A stretch of DNA of 60,875 bases from Chloroflexota bacterium (GCA_016781485.1 JADDQH010000006.1:1-60875), one strand, 5' to 3'; positions 47,173 through 58,012 are shown, counted from the first letter of the stretch. The notes: generated by a model from the sequence alone, not told the origin. A program made the numbers and translations.

Positions 47173-49020
47173 TCAGACGTCGAGCGCGGTCCGGATGCGC
47201 TCGGCGAGCGGACGGCTGATCCCGGGCACCGACGCGATCTGCTCGACCGACGCGTCCCTCATCTGCTTCGCCGAGCCGAACACCCGCAGCAACGCCCGCT
47301 TCTTCGCCGGCCCGACGCCCGGGACGTCGTCGAGGACCGATCGCACCGCGGACTTCGCTCGCAACTGCCGGTGGTACGTGATCGCGAACCGGTGCGCCTC
47401 GTCACGCAGCCGCTGGACCAGGTAGAGCGCCTGCGAGTCGGCGGGAAGGACGACCGGGTCCGACCGGCCCCGGAGGAACAGCTCCTCGCGCTCCTTCGCG
47501 ATCCCCACCAGCGGCATGTCGACGAGCCCGAGCTCATCGAGCACCTCGCGCGCGGCCGAGACCTGCCCCTTCCCGCCGTCGATCACGACGAGGTCGGGGA
47601 GCCGCCAGCGCAGCTCCTCCGCGCTCCCCTCCTCGCCGGACAGCGCACGATGGAAGCGCCGGCGAAGCACCTCCTGGTGGCTCGCGTAGTCGTTCGCGCC
47701 CTGGACCGATCTGATCCGGAACCGCCGGTACTCCCCGCTCCGCGGCCGCCCCTCCTCGAACACCACCATGCTCCCGACCGAGTTCGTCCCCTGGATGTTG
47801 CTGATGTCGTAGCACTCGATGCGCATCGGGGGGCCTGCGAGACCCAGCGCGTCCGCCAGCTCCTCCAGCGCGCCGAGCGTCTTCCCCTGGTCCGCGAGCC
47901 AGCGCGCCTGCTCCCGGGCGAGGGCGTCCGCCGCATTCCGCGCCGCAAGCTCGCTCAGCTCCCGGTTCCGGCCGCGCTGCGCGACGGCGATCCTCACCTG
48001 CCTGCCGCGCCGGACGGACATCAGCGCCTCGAGCTCCACCGAGTCCGGTAGCGGCCGCGGCACCAAGACCCGCGGCGGGATCGAGCCGGCCGTCGCGTAG
48101 TACTGCATCAGGAACGCGCTCAGCGCCTCCTCGTCCGGCCCGTCGCCCAGGTTCTCCAGCATGAACACGTCCTGCCCCACGAGCTTCCCGTCGCGGACCT
48201 GGAACAACTGGACCGCCGCCTCCCCGCCGGACCGCGCGTACCCGAGTACGTCCTGTTCGGTGCGCGCGAACGCGGCCATCTTCTGGCTCTCCATCGTCCG
48301 CTCGATCGCCCGGACCTTGTCCCTGAGGGCGGCCGCCCGTTCGAAGTCGAGCCCCTCCGACGCTCGCTCCATCTCCTCCCGGAGCCGTTTCGCGACCGCT
48401 TCCTGCCGCCCCTCGAGGAACAGCATCACCTGCTCGACGTCGCGTCGATAGGCGTCCCTGTCGATCGCCTGGATGCACGGCGCCTGGCAGCGTTTGATGT
48501 GGTACAGCAGGCACGGTCGCTGCAGCGCCCGCTCCCCTTCCCGGATGTCGAGCGTGCAGGTGCGGAACGGGAAGAGACGGCGGATGAGGTTCATCGCCTC
48601 GTCGACGCTGCTCGCGGACGCGTACGGACCGAAGTACCGGCTCCCGTCCTGCACGAGCTTCCGTGTCCGCTCGATGCGGGGGAAGTCGTCAGCGAGCGTG
48701 ACCTTGATGAACGGGTAACTCTTGTCGTCCTTGAGCCGGACGTTGAAGCGCGGCTGGAAGCGCTTGACGAGGTTGGCTTCGAGAAGGAGCGCCTCACTCA
48801 CCGTGTCCGTCAGCGTGTACTCGACGTCCGCGACCCGGTCGAGCCCGGACTCGATCCGCAGCGGGTCGCCGCTCGAGCGCTTCTGCCAGTAGCTTCGGAC
48901 ACGGTTGCGGAGACTCTGCGCCTTGCCCACGTAGAGCACGCGGCCCCGCGCGTCGCGCATCAGGTAGACGCCGGGGCGATCGGGCAGGTTGGCGAGTGTC
49001 GTCTCGAGCTGCGGGTTCAC
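47173..49020 (-). CDS. uvrC: Excinuclease ABC subunit C
   Basis: LP..PGVYLM, YVGKA..LR.RV.SY, EALLLE, NV.LKDDK.YP, RIECYDISN, DGG.GQ, RDEAHRFAI, HhH motif PGVGP.K. Confidence 0.97.
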   Translation of the reverse strand: MNPQLETTLANLPDRPGVYLMRDARGRVLYVGKAQSLRNRVRSYWQKRSSGDPLRIESGLDRVADVEYTLTDTVSEALLLEANLVKRFQPRFNVRLKDDKSYPFIKVTLADDFPRIERTRKLVQDGSRYFGPYASASSVDEAMNLIRRLFPFRTCTLDIREGERALQRPCLLYHIKRCQAPCIQAIDRDAYRRDVEQVMLFLEGRQEAVAKRLREEMERASEGLDFERAAALRDKVRAIERTMESQKMAAFARTEQDVLGYARSGGEAAVQLFQVRDGKLVGQDVFMLENLGDGPDEEALSAFLMQYYATAGSIPPRVLVPRPLPDSVELEALMSVRRGRQVRIAVAQRGRNRELSELAARNAADALAREQARWLADQGKTLGALEELADALGLAGPPMRIECYDISNIQGTNSVGSMVVFEEGRPRSGEYRRFRIRSVQGANDYASHQEVLRRRFHRALSGEEGSAEELRWRLPDLVVIDGGKGQVSAAREVLDELGLVDMPLVGIAKEREELFLRGRSDPVVLPADSQALYLVQRLRDEAHRFAITYHRQLRAKSAVRSVLDDVPGVGPAKKRALLRVFGSAKQMRDASVEQIASVPGISRPLAERIRTALDV

Positions 49021-49153
49021 TCCTCGATTCTAGGGTCGACCTGACGCCGGTCCGTCGCCGAGGGGTGATGGGCCAGCGACGCGAGGGCCCGGTCCCGGGG
49101 CGGGGTGGACCCAGAGTGGAGCGTGCGATAAGAGGCGCGCGGCAAGGTAGGAG

Positions 49154-50881
49154 GTGTCGCTCCATCCGTGCGTCGCCGCTCGCCTCGCCCGCCTCGCGCC
49201 CGACCAGCGCGCCGCGGCCACCGCACCTCCCGGACCGGTGCTGTGCATCGCCACGGCCGGGAGTGGCAAGACGACGACGCTCGTCGCACGGGTCGCCTGG
49301 CTCGTCGCGAACGGGATCGCCCCGAGGACGATCACTGCCGTCACCTTCAACCGCCGCGCGGCAGAGGAGCTGATGCAGCGCGTCCACGATGCGGTCGAGC
49401 CTCTCGCCGTCGAGCCACGGGCGGTCCGCGTCAGCACGTTCCACGCGCTCGGGCGGGAGATCCTGGCGGAAGCGGGCGTCGACGTGACCCGACTCCTCGA
49501 CCGCGAGTCCGTGCTGCGCGACACGGAGGGGGACAGCCTTTCGGGGGCATGGCTCCGGGTCCTCGACGATGCCTTCTCGCGGCTCAAGCTCGACCTCGGG
49601 ATGGAGCCGGACGCCCTACGGGAGGAGGTCCGGCTCGAGGAGGAGGCGGGGCGACCTGCGGGACCGATCGTCCGCGCATTCCTGCGTTACGAGGCGGCCC
49701 TGGAGGAGCGAAAGGCGCTCGACTTCGACGATCTGGTCCGGAGAGCGCTCGTCGAGCTCCATCGAGACCCGGAGCTGCTGGATCGCTGGCGCGGGCGGTG
49801 TGCGCATCTGCTCGTTGACGAGGTCCAGGATCTCGACCGGAGCCAGCTCCGCCTTGCCGTCCTCCTGTCCGCCCCGGCCAACGACATCTTCCTCGTGGGC
49901 GACGACGACCAGACGATCTACGCCTGGCGGCTCGCGGACGTGCGACGCGTACTCGGTCTCGCCCGCGACCTGCCGGGGCTACGGCGCGTCGATCTCGTCA
50001 CGAATCACCGGTGTCCGGCGCCGGTCGTGCGCCGGGCGGTCCGACTCGTCGAGCACAACGTCGAGCGATTCGAAAAACGGATAGAACCAGCCCCGGGAGC
50101 CACCGGAACGCTCTATCTCGCGCCGGACGGCGGAGACGACGTGGCGCGCGCGCGGCGCATCCTCCGTAGGTGTCCGGAGGGCGGCATAGCGACCCATGCC
50201 GTCCTCGCCAGGACGAACCTCGAGCTCGCGCCGTATGCCGCCGTCGCCCTGGAGGCCGGCGTCCCCTACGAAGCCGCCGACGATGGACTCGTGCTGGACG
50301 ACCCGATGCTCGACCCGCTTCTCGATGCCGCGGCGGCGACCGAGGCGGCGCACCCGCAGGTGCCACTGCTAGCGATAGTCGAGCAGGTGCGCCGGGGCGT
50401 CGATGCCGGCACGAAGCCGCTCGCTGCCGCGATGTTGTCGTGGGCCGCGCCGTTCCGCCGCGTCGCCGAGCTGAGGGCTATGGTCGAGGCCGCGCGACGC
50501 CGCCGGGCGGAGCTCGGATCGGACGGGCGGGAGGGAACGTCTACCGACCCTTCGGCCACTGGTCGTTCCGATGCTCGGCCTCGGGGTGCTGAGCCTCTCG
50601 CTGCCGATCCTCTCCCGGCGCGGCTTGTCCTCGCGACCGCACACGCCACCAAGGGGCTCGAGTTCGACCACGTCGTCTGCGTCGGCCTGGACGAAGGCCG
50701 GTTCCCGAGCGTGCGCGCCCTTGCCGAGGCCGACGATCCGGTACGCGCGCTGGAAGAGGAGCGGCGCCTCGCATACGTCGCGTGGACCCGCGCGCGCCGT
50801 TCGCTCGCCCTCGTGTACGACCCCGCGGCCCCCTCCCCGTTCCTGCGCGAGGCGTTCGACCCGGACGAGCTGACGGTCTAG
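49154..50881 (+). CDS. UvrD/PcrA-like superfamily 1 helicase, compact form
   Basis: ATAGSGKTT, TFNRRAA.E, TFHA.G, LVDEVQD, VGDDDQ.IY.WR, TNHR, ARTN, T.HATKGLEFD, EERRLAYVA.TRAR. Confidence 0.9.
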   Translation: MSLHPCVAARLARLAPDQRAAATAPPGPVLCIATAGSGKTTTLVARVAWLVANGIAPRTITAVTFNRRAAEELMQRVHDAVEPLAVEPRAVRVSTFHALGREILAEAGVDVTRLLDRESVLRDTEGDSLSGAWLRVLDDAFSRLKLDLGMEPDALREEVRLEEEAGRPAGPIVRAFLRYEAALEERKALDFDDLVRRALVELHRDPELLDRWRGRCAHLLVDEVQDLDRSQLRLAVLLSAPANDIFLVGDDDQTIYAWRLADVRRVLGLARDLPGLRRVDLVTNHRCPAPVVRRAVRLVEHNVERFEKRIEPAPGATGTLYLAPDGGDDVARARRILRRCPEGGIATHAVLARTNLELAPYAAVALEAGVPYEAADDGLVLDDPMLDPLLDAAAATEAAHPQVPLLAIVEQVRRGVDAGTKPLAAAMLSWAAPFRRVAELRAMVEAARRRRAELGSDGREGTSTDPSATGRSDARPRGAEPLAADPLPARLVLATAHATKGLEFDHVVCVGLDEGRFPSVRALAEADDPVRALEEERRLAYVAWTRARRSLALVYDPAAPSPFLREAFDPDELTV

Positions 50882-50961
50882 CGGACGCTCGAGCGTGTCG
50901 ATCGCGACCTCGTCCTGCCGGACGGTCACCGCGAGCAGCACTCGCAGGCGAGGGACCCTGC

Positions 50962-51450
50962 CTACGTCCTCGTGCGCAGGTCGACCGAGAAGTCGAGTCG
51001 AGCCCGGAGGAGCGTGAGTGCCTCGCCCCAGCCCTCGAGGCACTCGGCGTACGCGTCGAGGGCGCCCGGCAGCGAGAGATCGAACGGGCCGTCGACGAGC
51101 CGGACGAGGCTCCCGTAGCCACGCGGAGCGATGTCGACGGTCACCTGCGTGACGAGCGACTCGTCAGGGAGCCACGGCCAACGGAACTGGAACCGACGGT
51201 CGGGGTCGGCGAAGACGACGTCCCACCAGATCCGCTGGTCCGGCCAGACGAGGATGGAGCGCGCGCCAGGCATCAGCGATCCCTCGACGGCGTGTGGGAA
51301 CCAGGTGGCGAGCTCGCCCGGGTCGGACCAGGCGCGGTAGACGCGCGCGGGTGGGGCGTCGAGGCGGCGCTCGGCGCGGACCACGCGCGGGTCGAGGTTG
51401 ACGTCGAGAACGGTCTGCCCCGAGCGACGCGGGCCACGCGGGGCCGTCAC
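50962..51450 (-). CDS. SRPBCC/AHSA1-domain protein
   Basis: ERRLDAPPARVYRAWSDP..LA.W, P.RR..F.W, T.VTV.I.P...G..V.L, GW...L..L...L. Confidence 0.85.
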   Translation of the reverse strand: MTAPRGPRRSGQTVLDVNLDPRVVRAERRLDAPPARVYRAWSDPGELATWFPHAVEGSLMPGARSILVWPDQRIWWDVVFADPDRRFQFRWPWLPDESLVTQVTVDIAPRGYGSLVRLVDGPFDLSLPGALDAYAECLEGWGEALTLLRARLDFSVDLRTRT

Positions 51451-51515
51451 GACGGGGGCTCGGCGCGAGCGGTCTTCAAAGGTGGAACGTCGCGGCTCGG
51501 CACGTCGAGCGGCTG

Positions 51516-52193
51516 CTAGTCCTCTGACGGCTCGGGGCGCGGTGTCACGCGTCCCTGCCTGCCCCGGGTGCGGACGCGCGCCGTGACCTCCTCGCGGTTG
51601 TGCCGGATGACGTGGATCGCGGTCGGCAGCACGGACAGAGCAACGACGACCGCGAGGATGAGCAGGAGGTACTTGTCCAGTTCCTCACCGACGGCCTCGC
51701 CGAGCGCGTACCCGGCGACGGGAAGGCCGATCGCCCACAGGATCGCGCCGGTGAAGTTGAACATCGCAAACCTGCGGTACTGCATCCGCGCCGTCCCCGC
51801 AACGATGGGAGCGAAGGTGCGAACGAAGGGCATGAAGCGCGCGATCACGATCGTCTTGCCGCCGTGCCGCTCATAGAACTGCTCGGCCGCGAGCAGGTGA
51901 CTCTTCCTGAAGAACCGCGAGTCGGGCCGCTGATAGAGTCGGCGGCCGACCCGGTAGCCGAAGGTGTATCCGACCGCGTCCCCCGTCACGGCAGCGATGA
52001 AGCAGACGGCGACCACGAACAGGATCGGCAGCTGCTGCGGATAGGCCGAGGCGAGGACTCCCGCGGTGATGAGCAGGCTGTCGCCGGGCAGGAAGAAGCC
52101 GAAGAAGAGCCCGGATTCGGCGAAGATGATCACGAACAGGCCCAGCAGCCCGATCGTCAGGATGAGGCCTTCGAGGTCGACTCCGGGAAGCAC
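51516..52193 (-). CDS. DedA/VTT family membrane protein
   Basis: FAESGLFFGFFLPGDSLL..AG, GD..GY..G, FY.RHGG..I..ARF.P..RTFAP.VAG, F...N..GA..W. Confidence 0.93.
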   Translation of the reverse strand: MLPGVDLEGLILTIGLLGLFVIIFAESGLFFGFFLPGDSLLITAGVLASAYPQQLPILFVVAVCFIAAVTGDAVGYTFGYRVGRRLYQRPDSRFFRKSHLLAAEQFYERHGGKTIVIARFMPFVRTFAPIVAGTARMQYRRFAMFNFTGAILWAIGLPVAGYALGEAVGEELDKYLLLILAVVVALSVLPTAIHVIRHNREEVTARVRTRGRQGRVTPRPEPSED

Positions 52194-52197
52194 GTGC

Positions 52198-52674
52198 TCA
52201 GGCCTGCCCGGTCGGAGGCGGGAACGGCGGGCTGAACGAAGCGTCGTCGCCACCGACGATCTCGCTCTCCTCGATCCCGCGCTGCTCGACGACGAGCGGA
52301 AGTCGCTTGCGCTCCGACCCGTCCACGAGGATCCGGATCGAGTAATCGCCGGGCTCGGGGAACATCATGTTCCATAGATCGAGGCTGAACGTCAGGACCG
52401 TGTCCCGGCCGTCGGACGCGCCGTTCGTGACGATCTTCGCCTCCGCGCTCGACAGCTCCGCCCCGCGCGGCGTGAGGATGAGGAACCGCAGGTCGTGCTC
52501 GTGCCCGAGCTCCGGGCTGGTGACGAGCAGCCCGACGACGAGCGCGAGGTGAGGATGCCGGATCGGGAACTGCGGACCCCCGATCCGGGATACCCCGCCA
52601 CCGAGGACGGCGAACTTCTGGCCGGGCCGCGCATCCGCGGCATCCGCGAGGAACGCGTACTCGATGTCGGGCAT
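52198..52674 (-). CDS. Conserved hypothetical beta-rich protein (DUF6941-like)
   Basis: AFLADAA....GQK..VLGGG, FPEPGDYSI.I.VDG; TAGACT 7 nt upstream of the ATG. Confidence 0.7.
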   Translation of the reverse strand: MPDIEYAFLADAADARPGQKFAVLGGGVSRIGGPQFPIRHPHLALVVGLLVTSPELGHEHDLRFLILTPRGAELSSAEAKIVTNGASDGRDTVLTFSLDLWNMMFPEPGDYSIRILVDGSERKRLPLVVEQRGIEESEIVGGDDASFSPPFPPPTGQA

Positions 52675-52766
52675 GCCCCTCAGTCTACCGGCCGCGGGTC
52701 AGCCGCCGGTCGGGAGGGAGGCGACGCCGATGAGTGACACGGCGGACGGTCCCGCCCGTTCTGTCC

Positions 52767-55700
52767 TCACCGGACGGCGCGCGCAGCGACCCGGATCGGA
52801 TCGACGGCGCGAGCGTCCCGGTCGCGCTGGTCACCGAACACGCCGGACGCCTCGAGCAGGGGCCGGACATCTGCGGTATCTCGGAACGAGTCGTCCGTCA
52901 GCGGGATGAGCGGCTCGCCGCGGAGGACTCGCGCAAGGTACTGCCCGGTGAACGACCCCCGCGTCTCCGCGACCTGCTCGGGCGTGCCGGCCGCGACGAG
53001 CTTGCCCCCCCGGGCGCCACCCTCCGGTCCGAGGTCGATGACCCAGTCCGCAGTCTTGATCACGTCCAGGTTGTGCTCGATCACGATGACGGTATTGCCG
53101 TGGTCGACGAGCCGGTGGAGGACCTGGAGCAGCTTCTCGACGTCGGCGAAGTGGAGCCCGGTGGTGGGCTCGTCCAGGAGGTAGACCGTCCGCCCCGTCG
53201 CTCGACGCGACAGTTCGGTCGCGAGCTTGATCCGCTGGGCTTCCCCGCCCGAGAGCGTCGTCGCGGGCTGGCCGAGCCGGATGTAGCCGAGCCCGACGTC
53301 CACGAGCGTCTGGAGCTTCGTTCGGACGACGGGCACGGCCGCGAAGACCTCGAGCGCCTCTTCTGCGGTCATCTCCAGCACGTCCGCGATCGAGCGGCCG
53401 CGGTAGTGGATCTCCAGCGCCTCACGGTTGTACCGCTTGCCGCCACAGACCTCGCACGGCACGTAGACGTCCGGGAGGAACTGCATCTCGATCTTGATGA
53501 TCCCGTCGCCCTTGCAGTTCTCGCAACGGCCGCCCTTGACATTGAAGCTGAACCGACCGGCCTTGTACCCACGGACGCGCGCCTCGGGAACGCCCGCGAA
53601 CAGCTCTCTGATCGGTGCGAACAGCCCCGTATACGTCGCGGGGTTCGACCGCGGCGTCCTGCCGATCGGGCTCTGGTCGATCTCGATGATCTTGTCGACG
53701 GCCTCCATCCCCTCGACGAGATCGTGCGCGCCGGGCTCCTCGCGCGAGCCATTGATCGCCCTGGCGAGCGCCCGATACAGGATCTCGGTGACGAGAGTGC
53801 TCTTGCCGGAGCCTGAGACACCGGTCACGGCGGTGAAGGTCGCGAGCGGGAAGGCTACGTCCACCTCCTTGAGGTTGTGCTCCCGGGCGCCCCTCACGAG
53901 GAGAGTCTTTCCGTTCCCGGATCGGCGCTGCTTCGGGATCGGGACCGCGCGGTCGCCGCGCAGATACGCTCCGGTGATCGACCTCGGCTCGGAGACGATC
54001 GACTCGAGCGGGCCGGACGCGACGATCTCCCCACCGTGCTCGCCCGCCCCCGGCCCGATGTCAACGACCCAATCGGCGATCCGGATCGTCTCCTCGTCGT
54101 GCTCGACCACGATCAGCGTGTTGCCGAGGTCGCGCAGCCGGGTGAGGGTCGCGATGAGCTTGGCGTTGTCGCGCTGATGCAGACCTATCGTGGGCTCGTC
54201 GAGGATGTAGAGGACGCCCATCAGGCTGGAGCCGATCTGCGTCGCCAGACGGATCCGCTGTGCCTCACCGCCGGACAGCGTCGAGCTCCTCCGGTCGATC
54301 GTCAGGTAGTCCAACCCGACATCCACGAGGAACCCGAGTCGGGCGGCGATCTCCTTGAGGATCTGGCGCGCGATCGTCCGCTCTCGCTCGCTGAGTAGCG
54401 CGGGCAGATGCGCTCCCCACGCGAGGGCCTCGGTCACCGACAGCGCGGCGATGTCGGCGATGTTGTGGCCGTCGACGGTCACCGCGAGCACGGCGGGCTT
54501 GAGACGTTTCCCCTGGCAGGTCGGGCAGGGCCGCTCGATCATGAACTTCTCCAGCTCGCCCTTCACCCATTCCGATTCGGTCTCGCGGTAGCGGCGCTCC
54601 AGGTTCGGCACCACTCCTTCGAAGGTCGTCTCGTACGATCGCTGGCGCCCGTCGTTCCGGTAGCTGATGCTGACCTTGTCGGTGTTGGCGGCGTAGAGCA
54701 GGTAGTCGAGGTGCTCTGGCGGGAGGTCGCGGACCGGGACGTCGGTGCTGAACCCTCGCGCCCGCGCCACGGCCTCGATGACCTTCAGCTGCCACGAGTC
54801 GGCCATCGGCATCCGCGCCCAGGGCACGAGCGCGCCGTCGGCGAGGGAAAGGTCGCGGTTGGGGATGATCCGGGCGGGATCGATCTCGAGACGGACGCCG
54901 AGGCCGGTGCACGCGGGACAGGCGCCGTGCGGTGAGTTGAAGCTGAAGCTCCTGGGCTCCAGTTCCTCGATCGTCGTCCCGTCGTAGGGGCACGTGTACC
55001 GCTCGCTGTAGAGCTGGTCCTCGAATCCTCCCGGGTCCGCTGCGGCCACGACCATGAACCCCTCGCCGAGGCGAAGCGCCGTCTCGACGGAGTCGGCGAG
55101 CCTCGAGGCATCGGGGTTCGGGTAGTCGGGCGCGTACGGCCTCCCGTCGACGTCCGCGTGACGCACGACGAGCCGGTCCACGACGACCTCGATCGTGTGG
55201 CGCTTGTACTTGTCGAGTGTCTTGACGTCGTCGAGGTCAAGCAGCTCGCCATCGACCCGGACGCGCACGAACCCCTGCCGCCTGGCGGCCTCGAACACGC
55301 GGTCGCCCTCGGTCTTGCGGTCCTTGACGAGTGGTCCAAGGACCAGCAGGCGCGTCCCGTCCTGCAGCGACTGGATCTTGTCCACGATCTGCTGCACGCT
55401 CTGGCGCGTGATCTCGCGGCCGCACACGGGGCAATGCGGATGGCCGACGCGTGCGAACAGGAGCCGCAGGTAGTCGTACACCTCCGTCACCGTCCCGACC
55501 GTCGAGCGGGGGTTCCGGCTGCCCCCCTTCTGGTCGATGGAGATCGCAGGGCTCAACCCATCGATCTGGTCGACATCCGGCTTCTCCAGCTGGCCCAGGA
55601 ATTGGCGGGCGTATGCAGAGAGGCTCTCGACGTAGCGCCGCTGGCCCTCGGCATAGATCGTGTCGAAGGCGAGGCTGGACTTGCCGCTGCCGGAAAGGCC

Positions 55701-55796
55701 GGTGATGACGACGAGCCGGTCACGCGGCAGCTCGACCGTGACGTTCTTCAGGTTGTGCTCGCGGGCACCGCGGACGACGAGGCGGTCCTGGTTCAT
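52767..55796 (-). CDS. uvrA: Excinuclease ABC subunit A
   Basis: [32 protein letters not shown], two ABC signatures LSGGEAQRI, second Walker [10 protein letters not shown], zinc fingers; ATG 55796 (ORF track gives 55811). Confidence 0.98.
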   Translation of the reverse strand: MNQDRLVVRGAREHNLKNVTVELPRDRLVVITGLSGSGKSSLAFDTIYAEGQRRYVESLSAYARQFLGQLEKPDVDQIDGLSPAISIDQKGGSRNPRSTVGTVTEVYDYLRLLFARVGHPHCPVCGREITRQSVQQIVDKIQSLQDGTRLLVLGPLVKDRKTEGDRVFEAARRQGFVRVRVDGELLDLDDVKTLDKYKRHTIEVVVDRLVVRHADVDGRPYAPDYPNPDASRLADSVETALRLGEGFMVVAAADPGGFEDQLYSERYTCPYDGTTIEELEPRSFSFNSPHGACPACTGLGVRLEIDPARIIPNRDLSLADGALVPWARMPMADSWQLKVIEAVARARGFSTDVPVRDLPPEHLDYLLYAANTDKVSISYRNDGRQRSYETTFEGVVPNLERRYRETESEWVKGELEKFMIERPCPTCQGKRLKPAVLAVTVDGHNIADIAALSVTEALAWGAHLPALLSERERTIARQILKEIAARLGFLVDVGLDYLTIDRRSSTLSGGEAQRIRLATQIGSSLMGVLYILDEPTIGLHQRDNAKLIATLTRLRDLGNTLIVVEHDEETIRIADWVVDIGPGAGEHGGEIVASGPLESIVSEPRSITGAYLRGDRAVPIPKQRRSGNGKTLLVRGAREHNLKEVDVAFPLATFTAVTGVSGSGKSTLVTEILYRALARAINGSREEPGAHDLVEGMEAVDKIIEIDQSPIGRTPRSNPATYTGLFAPIRELFAGVPEARVRGYKAGRFSFNVKGGRCENCKGDGIIKIEMQFLPDVYVPCEVCGGKRYNREALEIHYRGRSIADVLEMTAEEALEVFAAVPVVRTKLQTLVDVGLGYIRLGQPATTLSGGEAQRIKLATELSRRATGRTVYLLDEPTTGLHFADVEKLLQVLHRLVDHGNTVIVIEHNLDVIKTADWVIDLGPEGGARGGKLVAAGTPEQVAETRGSFTGQYLARVLRGEPLIPLTDDSFRDTADVRPLLEASGVFGDQRDRDARAVDPIRVAARAVR

Positions 55797-55821
55797 AGGG
55801 GAGGAAGGCACGCTACCAGCC

Positions 55822-55837
55822 TAGAACGAATGAGCTA
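55822..55837 (-). promoter_or_regulatory. Candidate LexA (GAAC-N4-GTTC type) operator upstream of uvrA
   Basis: Plus strand taGAAC-gaat-GAGCta has one perfect and one degenerate half-site; adjacent to -10-like TAGGCT/TAGCGT. Confidence 0.45.
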
Positions 55838-56023
55838 TTTGTGTCGCGGAGGGGCGCAGCTGAATGGTAGGCGACCGAGGACCGCCTGCCCGGCGGAGAG
55901 CACCGAGCGACCCGCGTCTCGCGCAACGAGGCCCAGCAAGAAGCAGCGCGCCCGATCACCATCGAGCAGCCTGGCCCGGCGCGGTCGTACCGGGGCTCGA
56001 GCCGGACGCGGATGGTTTCGACG

Positions 56024-57523
56024 TCACGTGTCGGCCATGGCGGCACCCTTGGTGTCATCGGGCGGCGCGATCCGTTCCACCTGCAACACGTTCGGTGGGG
56101 ATCCGGTCTCCCCCGTCGACCCGACGAACACGCAGCTCGACCCCGCGGGAACGAGCCGGGACGCGAGCAGACGAGCCTTCATCCAGGCGATCGGCGCCGC
56201 CGGATCGAGCGGCGACTCGATGGCGAGCGGAACCACGCCGCGCCGAAGCGCGAGGCTGCGAAGCACGGCGGCGTCGGACGAGAAAGCCAGGACGGGCACC
56301 GGCGGGCGCAGGACGGCGAGTGTCTCCGCGGTGCGGCCGCTCCTCGTCGAGCAGCAGATGGCAGTGACGGATGCGTCCTGGCGGGCCAGCGCGACGGCGG
56401 CGTATGCGACTGCATCCGGCACCGAGTCGGTGCGCGCGACGGATCCGACGGACGGCGGTCGCGCCTCCACGCGATCGCCCTCGAGCGCCTCGGCGATGAC
56501 GCAGATCCGTGCCGCGGCTCCGGCCGCTTCCACGGGGTACGCACCCACCGCGGTCTCGGCGGAGAGGAGGATCCCGTCGACGCCGTCGAGCACGGCGTTC
56601 GCGACGTCGCTCGCCTCCGCGCGCGTCGGACGCGGGGCCGTCGTCATCGACTCGAGCATCTGAGTGGCGACGACGACCGGCACCCGCGCGGCGACAGCGC
56701 GGCGGACGAGGTCCTTCTGGACGATCGGGACCTCCTCGTAGGGGATCTCGACGCCCAGGTCTCCGCGCGCGACCATGATCGCGTCGACTGCGCCGAGGAT
56801 CCGGTCGAAGTCATCGATGGCACGCCGCGTTTCGATCTTCGCCATCACGCGGACGCGTCGGTCGCTCGGGAGGAGCCGCCGCAGGTCCTCCACGTCTTCC
56901 GCTCTGCGGACGAACGACTGCGCGACCAGATCGGCGCCCAGCTCGAGAGCCGCAGGCAGGTCTCGGCGGTCCTTGTCCGTGACCGCCGCACCCGAGAATC
57001 GCTCCGAGGGCACGTTCACGCCCGCACGCGAGCGGATCGTCCCGCCCCTCGCGACCTCCGTCACGACCTGCCCCGTCGCCTCGTCGGCGTGTTCGACGCG
57101 CAGCTCGGCGGCGCCATCGGCGAGCAGGACGCGATCACCGGGTCGCAGGTCTGCCGCGAGCCCTGGATATGTCGTCCAAGCTGCGGTCGCGTCACTGTGG
57201 CCCCGGTTTCCGGGGTCGTTCGTCCCGCCGGCGTCCCGCGTCGCGGCGCGGAGCACGAACGGCCGGCCCGCCTCGAGCGTGACGGCTCCGTCGGCGAGTG
57301 GCCCGAGCCGGATCTTGGGTCCCGAGAGGTCGGCGAGGATGGCGACAGCTCGCCCCGCCTCGAGCGCTGCCCGCGCGACCGCCTGGAAGGCACGGGCGTG
57401 GTCCGATCGGCTCCCGTGTGAGAAGTTCACGCGGGCCACGTCCATCCCGGCTGCCACGAGTTCCGCTGCCCTCCCCACGCTTGCAGGACCGATCGTGCAT
57501 ACCAGCTTCGTGCGTCGCGTCAT
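56024..57523 (-). CDS. pyk: Pyruvate kinase
   Basis: RTK.VCTIGPAS, AR.NFSHG, DL.GPKIR.G, SFVR, AKIE, MVARGDLGVE, ATQMLESM, PTRAE.SDVANA..DG.D, LSAETA.G.YP. Confidence 0.97.
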   Translation of the reverse strand: MTRRTKLVCTIGPASVGRAAELVAAGMDVARVNFSHGSRSDHARAFQAVARAALEAGRAVAILADLSGPKIRLGPLADGAVTLEAGRPFVLRAATRDAGGTNDPGNRGHSDATAAWTTYPGLAADLRPGDRVLLADGAAELRVEHADEATGQVVTEVARGGTIRSRAGVNVPSERFSGAAVTDKDRRDLPAALELGADLVAQSFVRRAEDVEDLRRLLPSDRRVRVMAKIETRRAIDDFDRILGAVDAIMVARGDLGVEIPYEEVPIVQKDLVRRAVAARVPVVVATQMLESMTTAPRPTRAEASDVANAVLDGVDGILLSAETAVGAYPVEAAGAAARICVIAEALEGDRVEARPPSVGSVARTDSVPDAVAYAAVALARQDASVTAICCSTRSGRTAETLAVLRPPVPVLAFSSDAAVLRSLALRRGVVPLAIESPLDPAAPIAWMKARLLASRLVPAGSSCVFVGSTGETGSPPNVLQVERIAPPDDTKGAAMADT

Positions 57524-57532
57524 CGCCTGATA

Positions 57533-57988
57533 TTGATGGGTCTTCGCGAGGTCCTTCGCCTCGCCGCAGCACGCCGTGGAGCCGTCCGGGTGGTGCTGGT
57601 GCTGGCGATCGCGGTCCCACTGATCGTGACGCTGTGGCCGCTTCCCGGTTCGGGCGCGCTGCGCCTCAACCTCGTCCCGTTCGCCACGCTCGCGGCGTAC
57701 CTCGCCTCGCCTGACGACGGGATCGGCGAGCTGGTGAACGTTCCCGTGAACGTCCTGCTGTTCGTCCCACTCGCGTTCTTCGCGCCGCTTGCGAGCGCCT
57801 CCCTGCGACGGTGGTGGAAGGTGGCACTGCTCGGCCTCGCCCTCTCGTTCGCGATCGAGGCGGCGCAGTTCCTGTTCGTACCCGGGCGCACCGCGGACAC
57901 GACCGATCTGATCCTCAACACGGTCGGGGCGGTCATCGGGTACGCGACGGTAGCCGCGCTCGGACCTTGGACGCGAGCAGGGTCATGA
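57533..57988 (+). CDS. VanZ family membrane protein
   Basis: NLVPF.T, NV.LFVPL, S..IE..Q, GR..D..DLILNT.G. Confidence 0.85.
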   Translation: MMGLREVLRLAAARRGAVRVVLVLAIAVPLIVTLWPLPGSGALRLNLVPFATLAAYLASPDDGIGELVNVPVNVLLFVPLAFFAPLASASLRRWWKVALLGLALSFAIEAAQFLFVPGRTADTTDLILNTVGAVIGYATVAALGPWTRAGS

Positions 57989-58012
57989 CGGGAGGTATGC
58001 TGGGATCGTCCT

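Noticed and set aside
50882-50961. Terminator between the convergent helicase and SRPBCC genes
   Set aside because: There are only short GC hairpins without a U-tract, indistinguishable from chance at this GC content.
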